NCBI RefSeq assembly: GCF_035996765.1
Contig: NZ_DASYJG010000061.1
Location: 12,948-76,947 of the forward strand
DNA: 64,000 nt
Direction: 5' to 3'
DNA from: Baekduia sp.
Lineage (GTDB): Bacteria; Actinomycetota; Thermoleophilia; Solirubrobacterales; Solirubrobacteraceae
The first letter of the stretch is position 1, and every line of letters starts with the position of its first letter. The translations under genes and the position numbers were made by a program. This document shows, in pieces, positions 8,949 through 19,146 of this stretch. Under the pieces are notes generated by a model that ran no database searches, was not told the origin of the DNA, and worked only from the letters and a program-made list of their open reading frames with translations.

Positions 8949-10154
8949 CTACGCCGGCAGCAGCGCCCGCAGCGCCTTGGGCGGCAGCGGGTCGGAGCCG
9001 AGGATCTCGGCGCTCAGCGCGCGCAGCACCTCGAGGCGGCGGTCCGGGTGCAGGCCGAAGGCGTACTCCTGCGTCGCCTCGTGGCCGCCGTCCACACCCA
9101 AATGCGAGCGATGCTCAGCGGTTGCGACCCGCGACAGCACCAAGCCCAAGATGTAGGCGTCGAGATCCTCGACGGCAACCTCGACGGGCTCGGACTCCTC
9201 GCGGTCCGGGCCAAACGACGCCACGATCCGCGGCGCGCTGGACTCGACCACCGGCCGCTCCCCACCGCCCGAGGACTCCCAGTCGCGCTGCTCGGCGTCG
9301 CGGTCACGAGCGAGGCCGTTCTCCCGATTCGCCGCCCACCGCGCCTCGTCGAGCTTGCGCGACTCTTCCTCGTAGTTCTTGGGCTTGGGCGGCACGTAGC
9401 CGACACCGAGCTTCAGCCCGGCCGTGCTGATCTCGCCCTTGGTCGCCTGCTCGACGAGGTCAGAAGCCTCCTCAGCAGACACGTCACCCCGCGCGATGCC
9501 GCGCCGCACGATGTCGGCGACCGTGAAGGACAAGTCACCTTCTTCTACACGCTTGACGACCGTGTCAGGCAGGTCGAGCAGCTTGAGCGACTTGCGCGTC
9601 CAGGTCAGCGGCGCGCCGACCAGGCGCGAGACCCCGGCGGCCGTCAGCGACGGGTCCTCGGCCATGATCGCCCGCGCGGCGCGCGCGAACTGCACCGGCT
9701 CCGGCTTGGCCTGGTGGAAGTTCTCGGCGAACTGCATCGTCAGCGCCTCGCGCTTGGTGATGCCCTCGACGAGCGTGAAGCGCCAGCCGCCGTCGCGCGG
9801 TCCCTCGGCCTCGTCGAGCAGCCCCATCGCCCCGAAGCGCCGGCGCCCGGCGAGCAGCTCGTAGGGCACGTCGTCCTCGCCGGTGGCGCGCACCAGCGGC
9901 GGATGCAACAGCCCCGCCTCCTTGATCGAGACGGCCAGCTCGTGGAGGTCCGGCAGCGCGCCGGTGCGCATGTTGACCATCGTGCGCACCTGCGAGAGCG
10001 GCACGGTGACGCTTGTGTGCGCCTTGGTCGCCGTGTCGGCCAGCGGGGCGCGCCGGAGATCCTCCTCGCGCTCCTCGCGAGCCGTCTTGGCGGCCTCCTC
10101 GCGCATCCGCGCGACGTGTTCTTCAGCGTCTTGGAGCTTGTCGACCTGGGACAT
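8949..10154 (-). CDS. ParB/RepB/Spo0J-family protein (orphan)
   Basis: LHELAVSIKEAGLLHPPLVR, YELLAGRRRFGA (GxRR), AEN, then an HTH-like segment; no parA nearby. Confidence 0.85.
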   Translation of the reverse strand: MSQVDKLQDAEEHVARMREEAAKTAREEREEDLRRAPLADTATKAHTSVTVPLSQVRTMVNMRTGALPDLHELAVSIKEAGLLHPPLVRATGEDDVPYELLAGRRRFGAMGLLDEAEGPRDGGWRFTLVEGITKREALTMQFAENFHQAKPEPVQFARAARAIMAEDPSLTAAGVSRLVGAPLTWTRKSLKLLDLPDTVVKRVEEGDLSFTVADIVRRGIARGDVSAEEASDLVEQATKGEISTAGLKLGVGYVPPKPKNYEEESRKLDEARWAANRENGLARDRDAEQRDWESSGGGERPVVESSAPRIVASFGPDREESEPVEVAVEDLDAYILGLVLSRVATAEHRSHLGVDGGHEATQEYAFGLHPDRRLEVLRALSAEILGSDPLPPKALRALLPA

Positions 10155-10241
10155 GAGCTGCCGGATGCAAGCACACCTCCTGGCGGTCCGGCCGGCCGCC
10201 GCGCCACCCTGCCCGCAACGAGCGCGAAACCGGCGCCCACG

Positions 10242-10298
10242 GCGCGTCGAGGGACGAGTTGTGGGTCCTGAGGACCCACAACTCGTCCCTCGACGCGC
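10242..10298. repeat. REP-like perfect palindrome (GTCGAGGGACGA family, copy 1)
   Basis: GCGCGTCGAGGGACGAGTTGTGGGTC-CTGAG-GACCCACAACTCGTCCCTCGACGCGC directly after the ilvA stop. Confidence 0.9.
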
Positions 10299-11540
10299 TC
10301 AGTTGGCGTCCGGGTACCGCGACACGCCGTAGCCAGCGTCACGCACCGCGTCCACCACCGCGGCCGCATGCTCGCGCGAGCGCGTCTCGATCGTCAGCTG
10401 CACGCCGGTCTCGCGCACGTGCAGGCCGATGCCCTCGCGCAGGTGCGACACCTCGACGATGTTGGCCCCGGCGACCGCGACGCTCTCCAGCAGCTTGGCC
10501 AGCGCGCCCGGGCGGTCGGGGACGCGGGTGAGCAGGACCATGCGCCGCCCGGCCTCGGTCTCGTGGCGGCGGGCGATCGTCGCCAGCAGGCCCGCGTCGA
10601 CGTTGCCGCCGCTGAGGATCACGCAGGTCGTGCCGGTCTGCGCGGGCACCACCTGGCCGCCGAGCAGCGCCGCGACGCCGACCGCGCCGGCGCCCTCGAC
10701 CACGAGCTTGGCCTTCTCCATCAACAAGACCATCGCGTCGGCGACGACGTCCTCGCCGACGACCACCATGTCGTCCACCCAGCGGTCGATCAGCCCCAGC
10801 GTCAGCTCCCCCGGGCGCTTGACCGCGATGCCGTCGGCGATCGTGAGCCCGGCGCTGACCGCGACCGGCCTGCCGGCCTTCAGCGACGCGGGGAAGGACG
10901 CGACGGTCTCGACCTGCACGCCGATCACGCGCACGTCGGGCCGCGCGGACTTCACGGCGATCGCCACGCCGCTGGCCAGCCCACCGCCGCCAACCGGCAC
11001 GACGATGGTCGCGAGCTCCGGCAGATCGGTGAGCAGTTCCAACCCGAGCGTGCCCTGGCCGGCGACGACGTCGGGATCGTCGAAGGGATGGACGAAGGCC
11101 ATCCCGGTCTCCTCGGTGCGGGCATGGGCCGCGACCAGGCAGTCGTCGACCGTCGCGCCGCCGATGACGACGCGGGCGCCGAGCGCCGCGGTCGCCTCGA
11201 TCTTGGCGATCGGCGCGCCGTCGGGCATGAAGACCTCGCACGGCACGCCGCGCGCCTGGGCGGCCAGCGCGAGCGCTTGGGCGTGGTTGCCCGCGCTGCC
11301 GCAGACGACGCCGCGCGCGCAGCCGTCGCCAAGCGCGTGAAGCTTGCTCAGCGCCCCGCGGATCTTGAACGAGCCCGCGCGCTGCAGCGACTCGGCCTTG
11401 AGCAGCACGTCGCCGCCGCAGCGCTCGCTGAGCGTCGCCGAGGGCAGGACCGGCGTGTGCCGGGTGACGTCGCCGATCGCGGCCTGCGCCGCGACGACGT
11501 CGGCGGCGGTGACAGGCGCTGCGTCGGTCGTGCCCGCCAT
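10299..11540 (-). CDS. ilvA: Threonine ammonia-lyase with C-terminal ACT domain
   Basis: KAESLQRAGSFKIRGA, SAGNHAQ, PVGGGGL, SGGNVD, PDRPGAL. Confidence 0.9.
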   Translation of the reverse strand: MAGTTDAAPVTAADVVAAQAAIGDVTRHTPVLPSATLSERCGGDVLLKAESLQRAGSFKIRGALSKLHALGDGCARGVVCGSAGNHAQALALAAQARGVPCEVFMPDGAPIAKIEATAALGARVVIGGATVDDCLVAAHARTEETGMAFVHPFDDPDVVAGQGTLGLELLTDLPELATIVVPVGGGGLASGVAIAVKSARPDVRVIGVQVETVASFPASLKAGRPVAVSAGLTIADGIAVKRPGELTLGLIDRWVDDMVVVGEDVVADAMVLLMEKAKLVVEGAGAVGVAALLGGQVVPAQTGTTCVILSGGNVDAGLLATIARRHETEAGRRMVLLTRVPDRPGALAKLLESVAVAGANIVEVSHLREGIGLHVRETGVQLTIETRSREHAAAVVDAVRDAGYGVSRYPDAN

Positions 11541-11548
11541 CGCGGCGC

Positions 11549-11941
11549 TCAGTCGCCCAGCGCGACGATGGCGTCGATCTCGACCTGTGCGCCGACCGGG
11601 AGCGCCGCGACGCCGACGGTGGAGCGCGCGGGCGGCGCGTCCGGGAAGAACTCGGCGTAGGCGGTGTTGACCTCGCCGAAGGTCCCCATGTCGGTCACGA
11701 AGATCCCGCAGCGGACCGCGTTGCGCAGCGAGGCGCCGGCGGCCGTGCAGACCGCCTCCAGGTTGCGCAGGCACTGCCGTGTCTGCTCGCCGACATCGCC
11801 GGCGACCAACACGCCGGTCGCCGGGTCCAGCGGCGTCTGCCCCGATAGGAAGAGAAAGCCGTCGGAGCGCACCGCGTGGCTGTAGGGACCCACGGCGGCG
11901 GGGGCGTCCGGAGCGGTGATCGGCTGGCGGTCGGCTGACAT
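11549..11941 (-). CDS. RidA/YjgF reactive-intermediate deaminase
   Basis: APAAVGPYSHA, SGQ.P.DP, PPARS, LP.GA.VEIDA; adjacent to the threonine dehydratase. Confidence 0.9.
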   Translation of the reverse strand: MSADRQPITAPDAPAAVGPYSHAVRSDGFLFLSGQTPLDPATGVLVAGDVGEQTRQCLRNLEAVCTAAGASLRNAVRCGIFVTDMGTFGEVNTAYAEFFPDAPPARSTVGVAALPVGAQVEIDAIVALGD

Positions 11942-11998
11942 AGGTTTTCCGGTTCTCCTTCGACGTTGGTCGCGTACGGACGCTACCGTCCGCGCCTC

Positions 11999-13918
11999 AT
12001 GTCCGCCCGTCGCCTCCGCCGTTTCTCCCTGCTGATCGCCGCCTCCGGCGTGCTGACGGCCGCGCTAGGCGCGAGCGCGGCGTCGGCGGAGATCGCCTGG
12101 ACGGCCTGTCCGACGGCGGGCTTCCAGTGCGCCGGCTTCCCCGTGCCGCTGGACCGCGGCAACGTGGTTCCCGGCACGGTCAACCTCTCGGTCGAGCGCG
12201 TGCCGGCGGCGACCAACCCCAACCGCGTGGCGGTCGTCCCGCTGGCCGGCGGCCCGGGCCAGGCGGCGCTGCCGCTCGCCCAGACCTTCGCCGAGGTCAT
12301 GCAGCCCGCGATCGCCGACCGTGACCTCCTGCTCTTCGACCAGCGCGGCACCGGCGCCTCGGGCGCGCTGAGCTGCAAGGCGCTGGGCGAGCGCGGCAGC
12401 ATCGTCAAGCTCGCGCAGACCTGCGCCAACGAGCTCGGCCCGGCCCGCGGCTTCTACCGCACGGCCGACACCGTTGCCGACATCGAGGCGCTGCGGGTGG
12501 CGGGCGGCTACGACAAGCTCGTGCTCTTCGGCGTCAGCTACGGCACCAAGGTCGCCGAGGACTACGCCGCGGCCTACCCCAACAACGTCGAGGCGCTCGT
12601 CCTCGACAGCGTCGTGCTGCCCGAGGGCCCCGATCCGTTCCAGCGGTCGACGCTGAGCGACGCGCCGCGCGTGCTGCGTGACCTCTGCGCCGCCAAGGCG
12701 TGCAGGGGCGCCACCGACAGCGTCCAGAGCGATCTCACCGGCCTCGCCGCCAAGCTGCGCAAGAGCGCGCTGCGTGGCAAGGTCGTCCTCTCCTCGGGCA
12801 AGCGCACGAGCCTGTCGATGGGCCAGAGCGACCTGCTGTCGATCCTGCTCGCCGGTGATCTGAACCCGACGCTGCGCGCCGAGCTGCCCGGCTCGATGCG
12901 CGCTGCGCTGCGCGGCGACAGCGCGCCGCTGCTGCGGCTCGCTGTGCGCTCCGAAGGGCTGACCACCGGCCTGTCGCTGCGCCACCAGAGCGACGCCACC
13001 GGCGGCGACAGCGACGCGCTCTTTCTCGCCACCACCTGCGAGGAGGCGCCGTTTGCCTGGACGCGCACGGCGACCGCCGAGCAGCGCTACCAGGAGATCA
13101 CCACCGCGGCGCAGGCGATTCCGAAGGCCCAGCTCGGCCCGTTCTCCCCCTCCGCCGCGCTCCAGGGCGGCCCGGTCCCGCTCTGCCTCGGCTGGCCCGA
13201 CGCCTCGCCGGCGCCCGTTGCCGCGGCACCCCTGCCGCCCGTCCGGACGCTCGTGCTCGACGGCCAGATGGATCTCCGCACGCCGTTTGAAGACGCCGAG
13301 CAGATCGCCCAGCGGATCCCGGGTGCCGCGGTCGTCAAGGTGCCCTTCACCGGCCACTCGACCGTCAGCAGCGACGCGTCGACCGACAGCACCTGCACCA
13401 AGGGCGCGCTATCGACGTTCTTCGCCGGCGGCGTCCCCGCCCCGTGCGCGGCGAGCGAGAACCCGTACTCGCCGACGCGCCGTCCGCCGACGAGCCTCGG
13501 CGCCATCACCGCCAACGGCAGGTCGCGCAAGACGATCATCGCCGCCTCGGCGACCGTGGCCGACGCGGCGCGCCAGATCATCGGCGACGCGCTGGCGCTG
13601 AGCGCGATCCCCAAGCACGTCGGCGGCCTGCGCGCGGGCAACGCCACCGTCAACCGCGACGGCAGCTTCAAGCTCAACCACTATCAGTACGTGCCCGGCG
13701 TGGTGGTCAGCGGGAAGGTCAACGCCAGCCGCACCGCCACCGTCACGATCCGCGGCGGCGGCGCGCTGAGCGGCAAGCTGACGATCACCGCCGGTGGCGC
13801 CGTGCACGGCACGCTGGGCGGCAAGAAGGTCACGATCGGCTCGGCCGCCTCCGTGCGCTCGTCGCTGCCGACGGTCAAGCAGGCGCTCGCGCGGCTGCCG
13901 CTGCTGGCTCGTAGATAG
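11999..13918 (+). CDS. Secreted alpha/beta hydrolase (TAP-like peptidase family)
   Basis: Signal peptide; GGPG, DQRGTG, GVSYG nucleophile, D.RTP, GH; basic C-terminal extension. Confidence 0.85.
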   Translation: MSARRLRRFSLLIAASGVLTAALGASAASAEIAWTACPTAGFQCAGFPVPLDRGNVVPGTVNLSVERVPAATNPNRVAVVPLAGGPGQAALPLAQTFAEVMQPAIADRDLLLFDQRGTGASGALSCKALGERGSIVKLAQTCANELGPARGFYRTADTVADIEALRVAGGYDKLVLFGVSYGTKVAEDYAAAYPNNVEALVLDSVVLPEGPDPFQRSTLSDAPRVLRDLCAAKACRGATDSVQSDLTGLAAKLRKSALRGKVVLSSGKRTSLSMGQSDLLSILLAGDLNPTLRAELPGSMRAALRGDSAPLLRLAVRSEGLTTGLSLRHQSDATGGDSDALFLATTCEEAPFAWTRTATAEQRYQEITTAAQAIPKAQLGPFSPSAALQGGPVPLCLGWPDASPAPVAAAPLPPVRTLVLDGQMDLRTPFEDAEQIAQRIPGAAVVKVPFTGHSTVSSDASTDSTCTKGALSTFFAGGVPAPCAASENPYSPTRRPPTSLGAITANGRSRKTIIAASATVADAARQIIGDALALSAIPKHVGGLRAGNATVNRDGSFKLNHYQYVPGVVVSGKVNASRTATVTIRGGGALSGKLTITAGGAVHGTLGGKKVTIGSAASVRSSLPTVKQALARLPLLARR

Positions 13919-13929
13919 CCTCATTCGCC

Positions 13930-15972
13930 ATGGCCAACGCCCTGGCGCACGAGAGCTCCCCCTACCTTCTGCAGCACCGCGACAACCCGGTCGACTGGCA
14001 CCCGTGGGGGCCGGAGGCGCTGGCGCTCGCGCGTGAGTTGGACCGGCCGCTGCTGGTCTCGATCGGCTACTCGGCGTGCCACTGGTGCCACGTCATGGAG
14101 CGCGAGTCATTTGAGGATCCGGCCGTCGCCGCGGTCATGAACGACAACTTCGTCTGCGTGAAGGTCGACCGCGAGGAGCGGCCCGACATCGACTCGATCG
14201 CGATGGAGGCGGTGCAGCTGATGACCGGCCATGGCGGCTGGCCGTTGAACGTCTTCCTCACGCCCGACCAGGTCCCGTTCTACGGCGGCACCTACTTCCC
14301 GCCGGAGCCGCGCCACGGGATGGCGCCGTGGCCGGGCGTGTTGGAGGCGGTTGCCCGGGCGTGGACCGAGCAACGTGACGAGATCGTCGAGCAGGGCTCG
14401 CGGATGGCCGAGCGGCTGGGGCACACCGCGGCGCTGCGGGCGCCCGAGGACGTGGTGTTGGGGACCGAGCCACTCGACGACGCGGTGCGCAACCTGCGCG
14501 CGACCTTCGACAGCGTGCATGGCGGCTTCGGGGGCGCGCCGAAGTTCCCGCCGTCCTCGGCGCTGCTGCTGCTCTGGGCCCAGGCCGCGCGCGGCGGCTC
14601 GTGGGCGGCCAAGGCGGGTGACATGGCGGGCGCGACGCTGCGCGCGATGAGCGCCGGCGGGATATATGACCAGATCGGCGGCGGCTTCGCGCGCTACGCG
14701 GTCGACGCGACCTGGACGGTGCCGCACTTCGAGAAGATGTTGTATGACAACGCGCTGCTGGCGCGGGCCTATCTGCACGGCTGGTTGATGACCGGGGACC
14801 CGGCGTTCCGGCGCGTCTGCGAGGAGACGCTGGCGTTCGTCGCGCGCGAGCTGCGTGGCGAGGAGGGTGGGTTCCTGAGCGCGTTGGACGCGGACTCCGA
14901 GGGCGTCGAGGGCAAGTTCTACGTGTGGACGCTGGAGGAGCTGCGGGCGGTGCTCGCGACCGAGGACGCCGACGCCGCGGTCGCCTGGCTCGGCGTGACC
15001 GACGAGGGGAACTTCGTTGACCCCCACCATCAGACCGGATCCCACCCACCCCTGAACGTGCTGACGGGGCGCGGCGTCAAGCCGCCGGCGGAGCAGCGGT
15101 CGCGGATCCGCAGCGCGCTGATGACGGCGCGCGCGGGCCGGGTGCGCCCGGGGCTCGACGACAAGCGCCTGGCCGCCTGGAACGGGTTGGCGATCCACGC
15201 CTTTGCCGAGGCCGGTGCGGTCCTGGAGCGGCCGGACCTGCTGGCCATCGCGGTGGACGCCGCGGAGTTCGTCATGGGGTCGATGCGCGACACCGGCGGC
15301 CGCCTGTTGCGCACCTGGAAGAACGGGGAAGGCAAGTTGAATGCCTACCTCGAGGACCATGCCTTCCTGCTGGAGGCGCTGGTCGCGCTGTACGAGGCGA
15401 CCTTCGACCCGCGCTGGCTGGCCGAGGCGCGGGGCCTGGCCGACTCGGTCCTGACGCGCTTCGCCGACCCCGAGGGCGGCGGCTTCTTCGCCACCTCCAG
15501 CGACCACGAGCAGTTGGTGGTGCGCCGGCGCGACATCGAGGACGCGCCGATCCCGTCGGGCTCCTCGTCGGCGGCGGTCGGGCTGTTGCGGCTCAGCGCG
15601 CTGACCGGCGATGCGCGCTACGAGGAGGCCGCGGTCTCCCACCTGCGCCTGGTCGCGCCGCTGATGGGTCCGCATCCGCAGGCCTTCGCGCATGCGCTCG
15701 TGGCGCTGGACCTGCTGGTGCGCCCGGGGCACGAGGTGGCGCTGGCGGGCGCCGACGATGACGCCGCGCTGGCCGCGTTGGCAGCCGTCGTGCGTGAGCG
15801 CCTGCGGCCCGGCGTGGTCCTCGCGGGTCCGCCCGGCGACGGCGTTGAGCTGATGGCCGGCCGCGAGCCGGTCGACGGCGCGGCAGCGGCCTACGTCTGC
15901 GAGCGCTTCGCCTGCCGGCTGCCAGTGACCGGGGTCGAAGAGCTCCGCGAGCTCCTCGCTCCGTCCTCTTAG
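13930..15972 (+). CDS. Thioredoxin-domain protein (YyaL/SSP411 family)
   Basis: [38 protein letters not shown]. Confidence 0.92.
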   Translation: MANALAHESSPYLLQHRDNPVDWHPWGPEALALARELDRPLLVSIGYSACHWCHVMERESFEDPAVAAVMNDNFVCVKVDREERPDIDSIAMEAVQLMTGHGGWPLNVFLTPDQVPFYGGTYFPPEPRHGMAPWPGVLEAVARAWTEQRDEIVEQGSRMAERLGHTAALRAPEDVVLGTEPLDDAVRNLRATFDSVHGGFGGAPKFPPSSALLLLWAQAARGGSWAAKAGDMAGATLRAMSAGGIYDQIGGGFARYAVDATWTVPHFEKMLYDNALLARAYLHGWLMTGDPAFRRVCEETLAFVARELRGEEGGFLSALDADSEGVEGKFYVWTLEELRAVLATEDADAAVAWLGVTDEGNFVDPHHQTGSHPPLNVLTGRGVKPPAEQRSRIRSALMTARAGRVRPGLDDKRLAAWNGLAIHAFAEAGAVLERPDLLAIAVDAAEFVMGSMRDTGGRLLRTWKNGEGKLNAYLEDHAFLLEALVALYEATFDPRWLAEARGLADSVLTRFADPEGGGFFATSSDHEQLVVRRRDIEDAPIPSGSSSAAVGLLRLSALTGDARYEEAAVSHLRLVAPLMGPHPQAFAHALVALDLLVRPGHEVALAGADDDAALAALAAVVRERLRPGVVLAGPPGDGVELMAGREPVDGAAAAYVCERFACRLPVTGVEELRELLAPSS

Positions 15973-17306
15973 AGCACCGGCAGGTAGCGGTCGAGCTCCC
16001 ACTGCGTGACCTGCACGCGGTAGTCCTCCCACTCCTGGCGCTTGTTCTCGATGAAGCGGTTGAACATGTGCTCGCCGAGCGTGCGCAGCACCAGCTCGGA
16101 CTCGGCGGTCAGCTCGACCGCCTCGCCGAGCGTCTCGGGCAACTGCTCGATGCCGAGGCGCTTGCGCTCGTCGGGCGACAAGTGGTAGAGGTTCTTCTCC
16201 ATCGGCTCGGGCAACTCATAGCCCTTCTCGATGCCCTCCAGGCCCGCCTGCAGCAGCGCGGCGAACGTGAGGTAGGGGTTGCAGGCGGGGTCGGGGCAGC
16301 GCAGCTCCATCCGCGTGCCGTTCTCCTTGCCGGGGTGGTAGAGCGGCACGCGCACGAGCGCTGAGCGGTTGCGGCGACTCCAGGCCACGTAGACCGGCGC
16401 CTCGTAACCGGGCACCAGGCGCTTGTAGGAGTTGACCCACTGAGCGAAGATCGAGGACAGCTCGCGGGCGTGCTTGAGCTGGCCGGCGATGAAGGCCTTG
16501 CCGATGTCCGACAGGAAGTAGGGGTCGTCGGCGTCGAACATCGCGTTGGACCCGTCCTTGAACAGGCTCATGTGCGTGTGCATGCCCGAGCCGTTCTCGC
16601 CGAAGAGCGGCTTGGGCATGAACGTGGCATGCCAGCCGTACTTCATGGCGTACTCCTTGACCGTGATCTTGTGGGTCATGCAGTCGTCGGCCATCTTCAG
16701 CGCTGGGGCGTAGCGCATGTCGACCTCGTGCTGGGAGGGGCCGACCTCGTGGTGGGAGTACTCCACGTGGATGCCGAGCTGCTCGAGCGCGATGACGGTC
16801 TCGCGGCGGACGTCGGAGCCGGCGTCGAGCGTCGTGAGGTCGAAGTAGCCGCCCTCGTCGAGGACCTCGGTGCCGTTCTTGTCCTTGAACAGGAAGTACT
16901 CGAGCTCGGGGCCGACGTTGAACGTGTCGAAGCCCATGGTGTGCATGCGGTCCAGGGCCCGTCGGAGGACGTGGCGCGGGTCGCCCTCATACGGCGTGCG
17001 CTCGGGCGTGAGCACGTCGCAGAAGACGCGGCCGACACCCTGCTCCTCGGGCCGCCAGGGCAGGATCGCGAACGTCGACGGGTCCGGCATAGCGATCATG
17101 TCGGACTCCTCGATGGCGTTGAAGCCGGTGATCGAGGAGCCGTCGAAGCCCATGCCGTTCTCGAACGCGTCTTCCAGCTCGTTGGCGTTGATGCTGAACG
17201 ACTTCAGCTGCCCGAGGATGTCGGTGAACCAGAAGCGGATGAAGCGGAGCTGGTGCTCCTCGACGATCGCCTTGACGTCCTCCACAGTGCGCGGCTGGTC
17301 GCTCAT
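15969..17306 (-). CDS. glnA: Glutamine synthetase type I
   Basis: [51 protein letters not shown]. Confidence 0.88.
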   Translation of the reverse strand: MSDQPRTVEDVKAIVEEHQLRFIRFWFTDILGQLKSFSINANELEDAFENGMGFDGSSITGFNAIEESDMIAMPDPSTFAILPWRPEEQGVGRVFCDVLTPERTPYEGDPRHVLRRALDRMHTMGFDTFNVGPELEYFLFKDKNGTEVLDEGGYFDLTTLDAGSDVRRETVIALEQLGIHVEYSHHEVGPSQHEVDMRYAPALKMADDCMTHKITVKEYAMKYGWHATFMPKPLFGENGSGMHTHMSLFKDGSNAMFDADDPYFLSDIGKAFIAGQLKHARELSSIFAQWVNSYKRLVPGYEAPVYVAWSRRNRSALVRVPLYHPGKENGTRMELRCPDPACNPYLTFAALLQAGLEGIEKGYELPEPMEKNLYHLSPDERKRLGIEQLPETLGEAVELTAESELVLRTLGEHMFNRFIENKRQEWEDYRVQVTQWELDRYLPVL

Positions 17307-17385
17307 GGCCCGGGACCCTAGAGGATCGGGGCTGTCACGCTGGTCGGAAACTGGGCGCCGATGTGTCGAGCCACGCCGCGGGGTG

Positions 17386-17434
17386 GTCGAGGGACGACTG
17401 TTGGTCGGATACGGACCATCAGTCGTCCCTCGAC
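17386..17434. repeat. REP-like palindrome (GTCGAGGGACGA family, copy 2)
   Basis: GTCGAGGGACGACTGTTGGTCG-GATAC-GGACCATCAGTCGTCCCTCGAC, 22+5+22; nested in a GGCGCCGATG/CATCGGCGCC IR. Confidence 0.85.
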
Positions 17435-17517
17435 GCTGATGGTGGGCCATCGGCGCCGGGGTCGCGCGGGATCTCGTCCCGCGCGCCCCGGAGGCGATGT
17501 GGCCGAAGGTGGTCGGG

Positions 17518-18153
17518 CTACGGGCGAAGCGTCGCGCGCAGCGGCGCGTGGTGCACGGTGGCGTGGACGACGTGCGCCGAGAAGGCGGGGGCCGTGGCCG
17601 CGCGATGGGCGACCGCAGCCTGCGAGGACGAGGTCATCGCCGCGAGCAGGATCAGGATCGCGCCGAGGGCGACGGCCCAGAGGGCGATGCGGTCGGGGCG
17701 CGCGCCGACGCGGTCCGAGGCAGTTCGGCCGCGGTGGCGCTGGGCCATCGAGGGCAGCCGACGCTCCGCCGGACGGCCCTTGATCTGGATGGTGCGGCGG
17801 GTGCCAGCCGGCGGGGGCGGCGTGGCGAAGGGGTCGTCGGCGGCGCTGAGGTGCGCCAGCTCGTGGGCCACGTCCGCGGGCGTCGCCGCGACGGTCGGGC
17901 CGTCGTCGAGGGTCAGCTCGATGGTGCGGGAGGTCGCGGCAGCCTCGCGGGCGGGGGCGTGCGACGCAGTGGGGACGAAGACGCCGTGCAGCGGATGGGC
18001 GACCCCGTCGCGCTCGGTCGTGAAGCGGCGGCGTGGGGCGAAGTCGATGTCCTCGCCCAGCCAGTCATCGGCCGGGCGACGGCTCGGATCGGCGAGATCC
18101 TCGCGTTCCTGCTGCACGTCGGCCCACCAGTTGGGCGCGTCCGTCGATGGCAT
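17518..18153 (-). CDS. Hypothetical protein with a C-terminal TM helix, under the c-di-AMP riboswitch
   Basis: ATG with AGAGGA RBS directly downstream of the riboswitch; hydrophobic IALWAVALGAILILLAAM. Confidence 0.7.
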   Translation of the reverse strand: MPSTDAPNWWADVQQEREDLADPSRRPADDWLGEDIDFAPRRRFTTERDGVAHPLHGVFVPTASHAPAREAAATSRTIELTLDDGPTVAATPADVAHELAHLSAADDPFATPPPPAGTRRTIQIKGRPAERRLPSMAQRHRGRTASDRVGARPDRIALWAVALGAILILLAAMTSSSQAAVAHRAATAPAFSAHVVHATVHHAPLRATLRP

Positions 18154-18177
18154 GAAGTGTTCTCAGTCCTCTTCCTT

Positions 18178-18304
18178 GGGCTTACGGGGTTAGCTGACGG
18201 GCTCGCGCCGAAAGAGCGGCGCTACGCGGTATGCGATTCGCCCCAGTGCAACGTGGGTCCCCCGCTCCTCGCCCGGGCGTACCTGGACGGGGATTCAGCG
18301 GTTG
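18178..18304 (-). promoter_or_regulatory. c-di-AMP (ydaO/yuaA) riboswitch
   Basis: Minus strand reads CCGCTGAATCC..GGAGCGGGGGACCCA..GGGGCGAATC..GAGCCCGTCAGCTAACCCCGTAAGC, the conserved ydaO blocks in order. Confidence 0.93.
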
Positions 18305-18533
18305 TGAACGGCGGCATCGTAGCAACGTCGAAAATCCCTGCTAGATCGCAGAGTTATGGCAAGCGCCAACTGACCGCATAGTCAGGCATGCGTCGGACGG
18401 AACGTTCCCGCAACCTGCGGGAATCTCCGCCTTGACATTCCGGCAAGGACCTCAAGTCGAGTTGCCGACCTCGTGCGCATTCGCTCTTGACAGGTGTTCG
18501 AGCGGACGCGCGGCGCGTCGAAGCGCGCCTCAG

Positions 18534-19031
18534 CTACCGACCAGCAACCGTTGCGACGTAGTTCGCGACGTCTTTGGCGTCCGCGCCATAGAGCAGGCCG
18601 GCAGGCATCTGGCCGGCACCGCGGGCGCGGCCGTGCTCGATCGCGTCGAGCACGAAGGCGGGCTTGAGGTCGCCGCCGTTGAGCGTGTCGAGGTTCGGGC
18701 CCACGCGGCCGACGGCGTTGGAGCCGGCGAGCGTGTGGCAGGTCGCGCACTTCTCGGCAAAGAGCTGGCGACCCGTGGTCTGAGACGCGTTGAGGTCCAC
18801 TCCACCGGCGCCTTGCTTGGCGTGATCCTCGCCGTTGGAGACGAGGATGAGCAACGGCACGCCGACGCCGACCACGAGGACGACGAGCGCGATGCCGAGG
18901 CCCCAGGCGCGGCGCGTGCCACGCGTCTCAGGGCGCGACCCCGCGGGGGGCCGGCCGCTCCGCATCGCCGCCAGCACGACCGAGAGGCCGATGGCGAGGA
19001 AGGCGAGGACGAACACCAGGGTGCCGATCAC
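18534..19031 (-). CDS. Membrane-anchored class I cytochrome c
   Basis: Two N-terminal TM helices, CATCH heme motif, GPNLD, MP axial ligand. Confidence 0.88.
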   Translation of the reverse strand: MIGTLVFVLAFLAIGLSVVLAAMRSGRPPAGSRPETRGTRRAWGLGIALVVLVVGVGVPLLILVSNGEDHAKQGAGGVDLNASQTTGRQLFAEKCATCHTLAGSNAVGRVGPNLDTLNGGDLKPAFVLDAIEHGRARGAGQMPAGLLYGADAKDVANYVATVAGR

Positions 19032-19146
19032 GTGCGGCACCCTATCCGGTGACCCGGTCCCCAGCGCAAGTCCTGGTTCTGACCCCGGACCGCGGCGGCC
19101 GCCGCGAGGGCCGCAGCAACCGTCCCCACCAGCGCCTTCGAGCCCC

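Noticed and set aside
10242-10298. Palindrome upstream of the ParB-like gene read as parS
   Set aside because: No match to TGTTTCACGTGAAACA, it is much longer, and a sibling copy lies at 17386 with no ParB link.
18486-18500. TTGACAGGTGTTCG as a fourth SOS box
   Set aside because: The left half-site deviates at three of five positions, and it is not at a plausible SOS gene start.
19056-19130. GGGGTCAGAACC..GGGGACC-like segment resembling RAYT-associated repeats
   Set aside because: Single, degenerate copy with no RAYT gene in the window.
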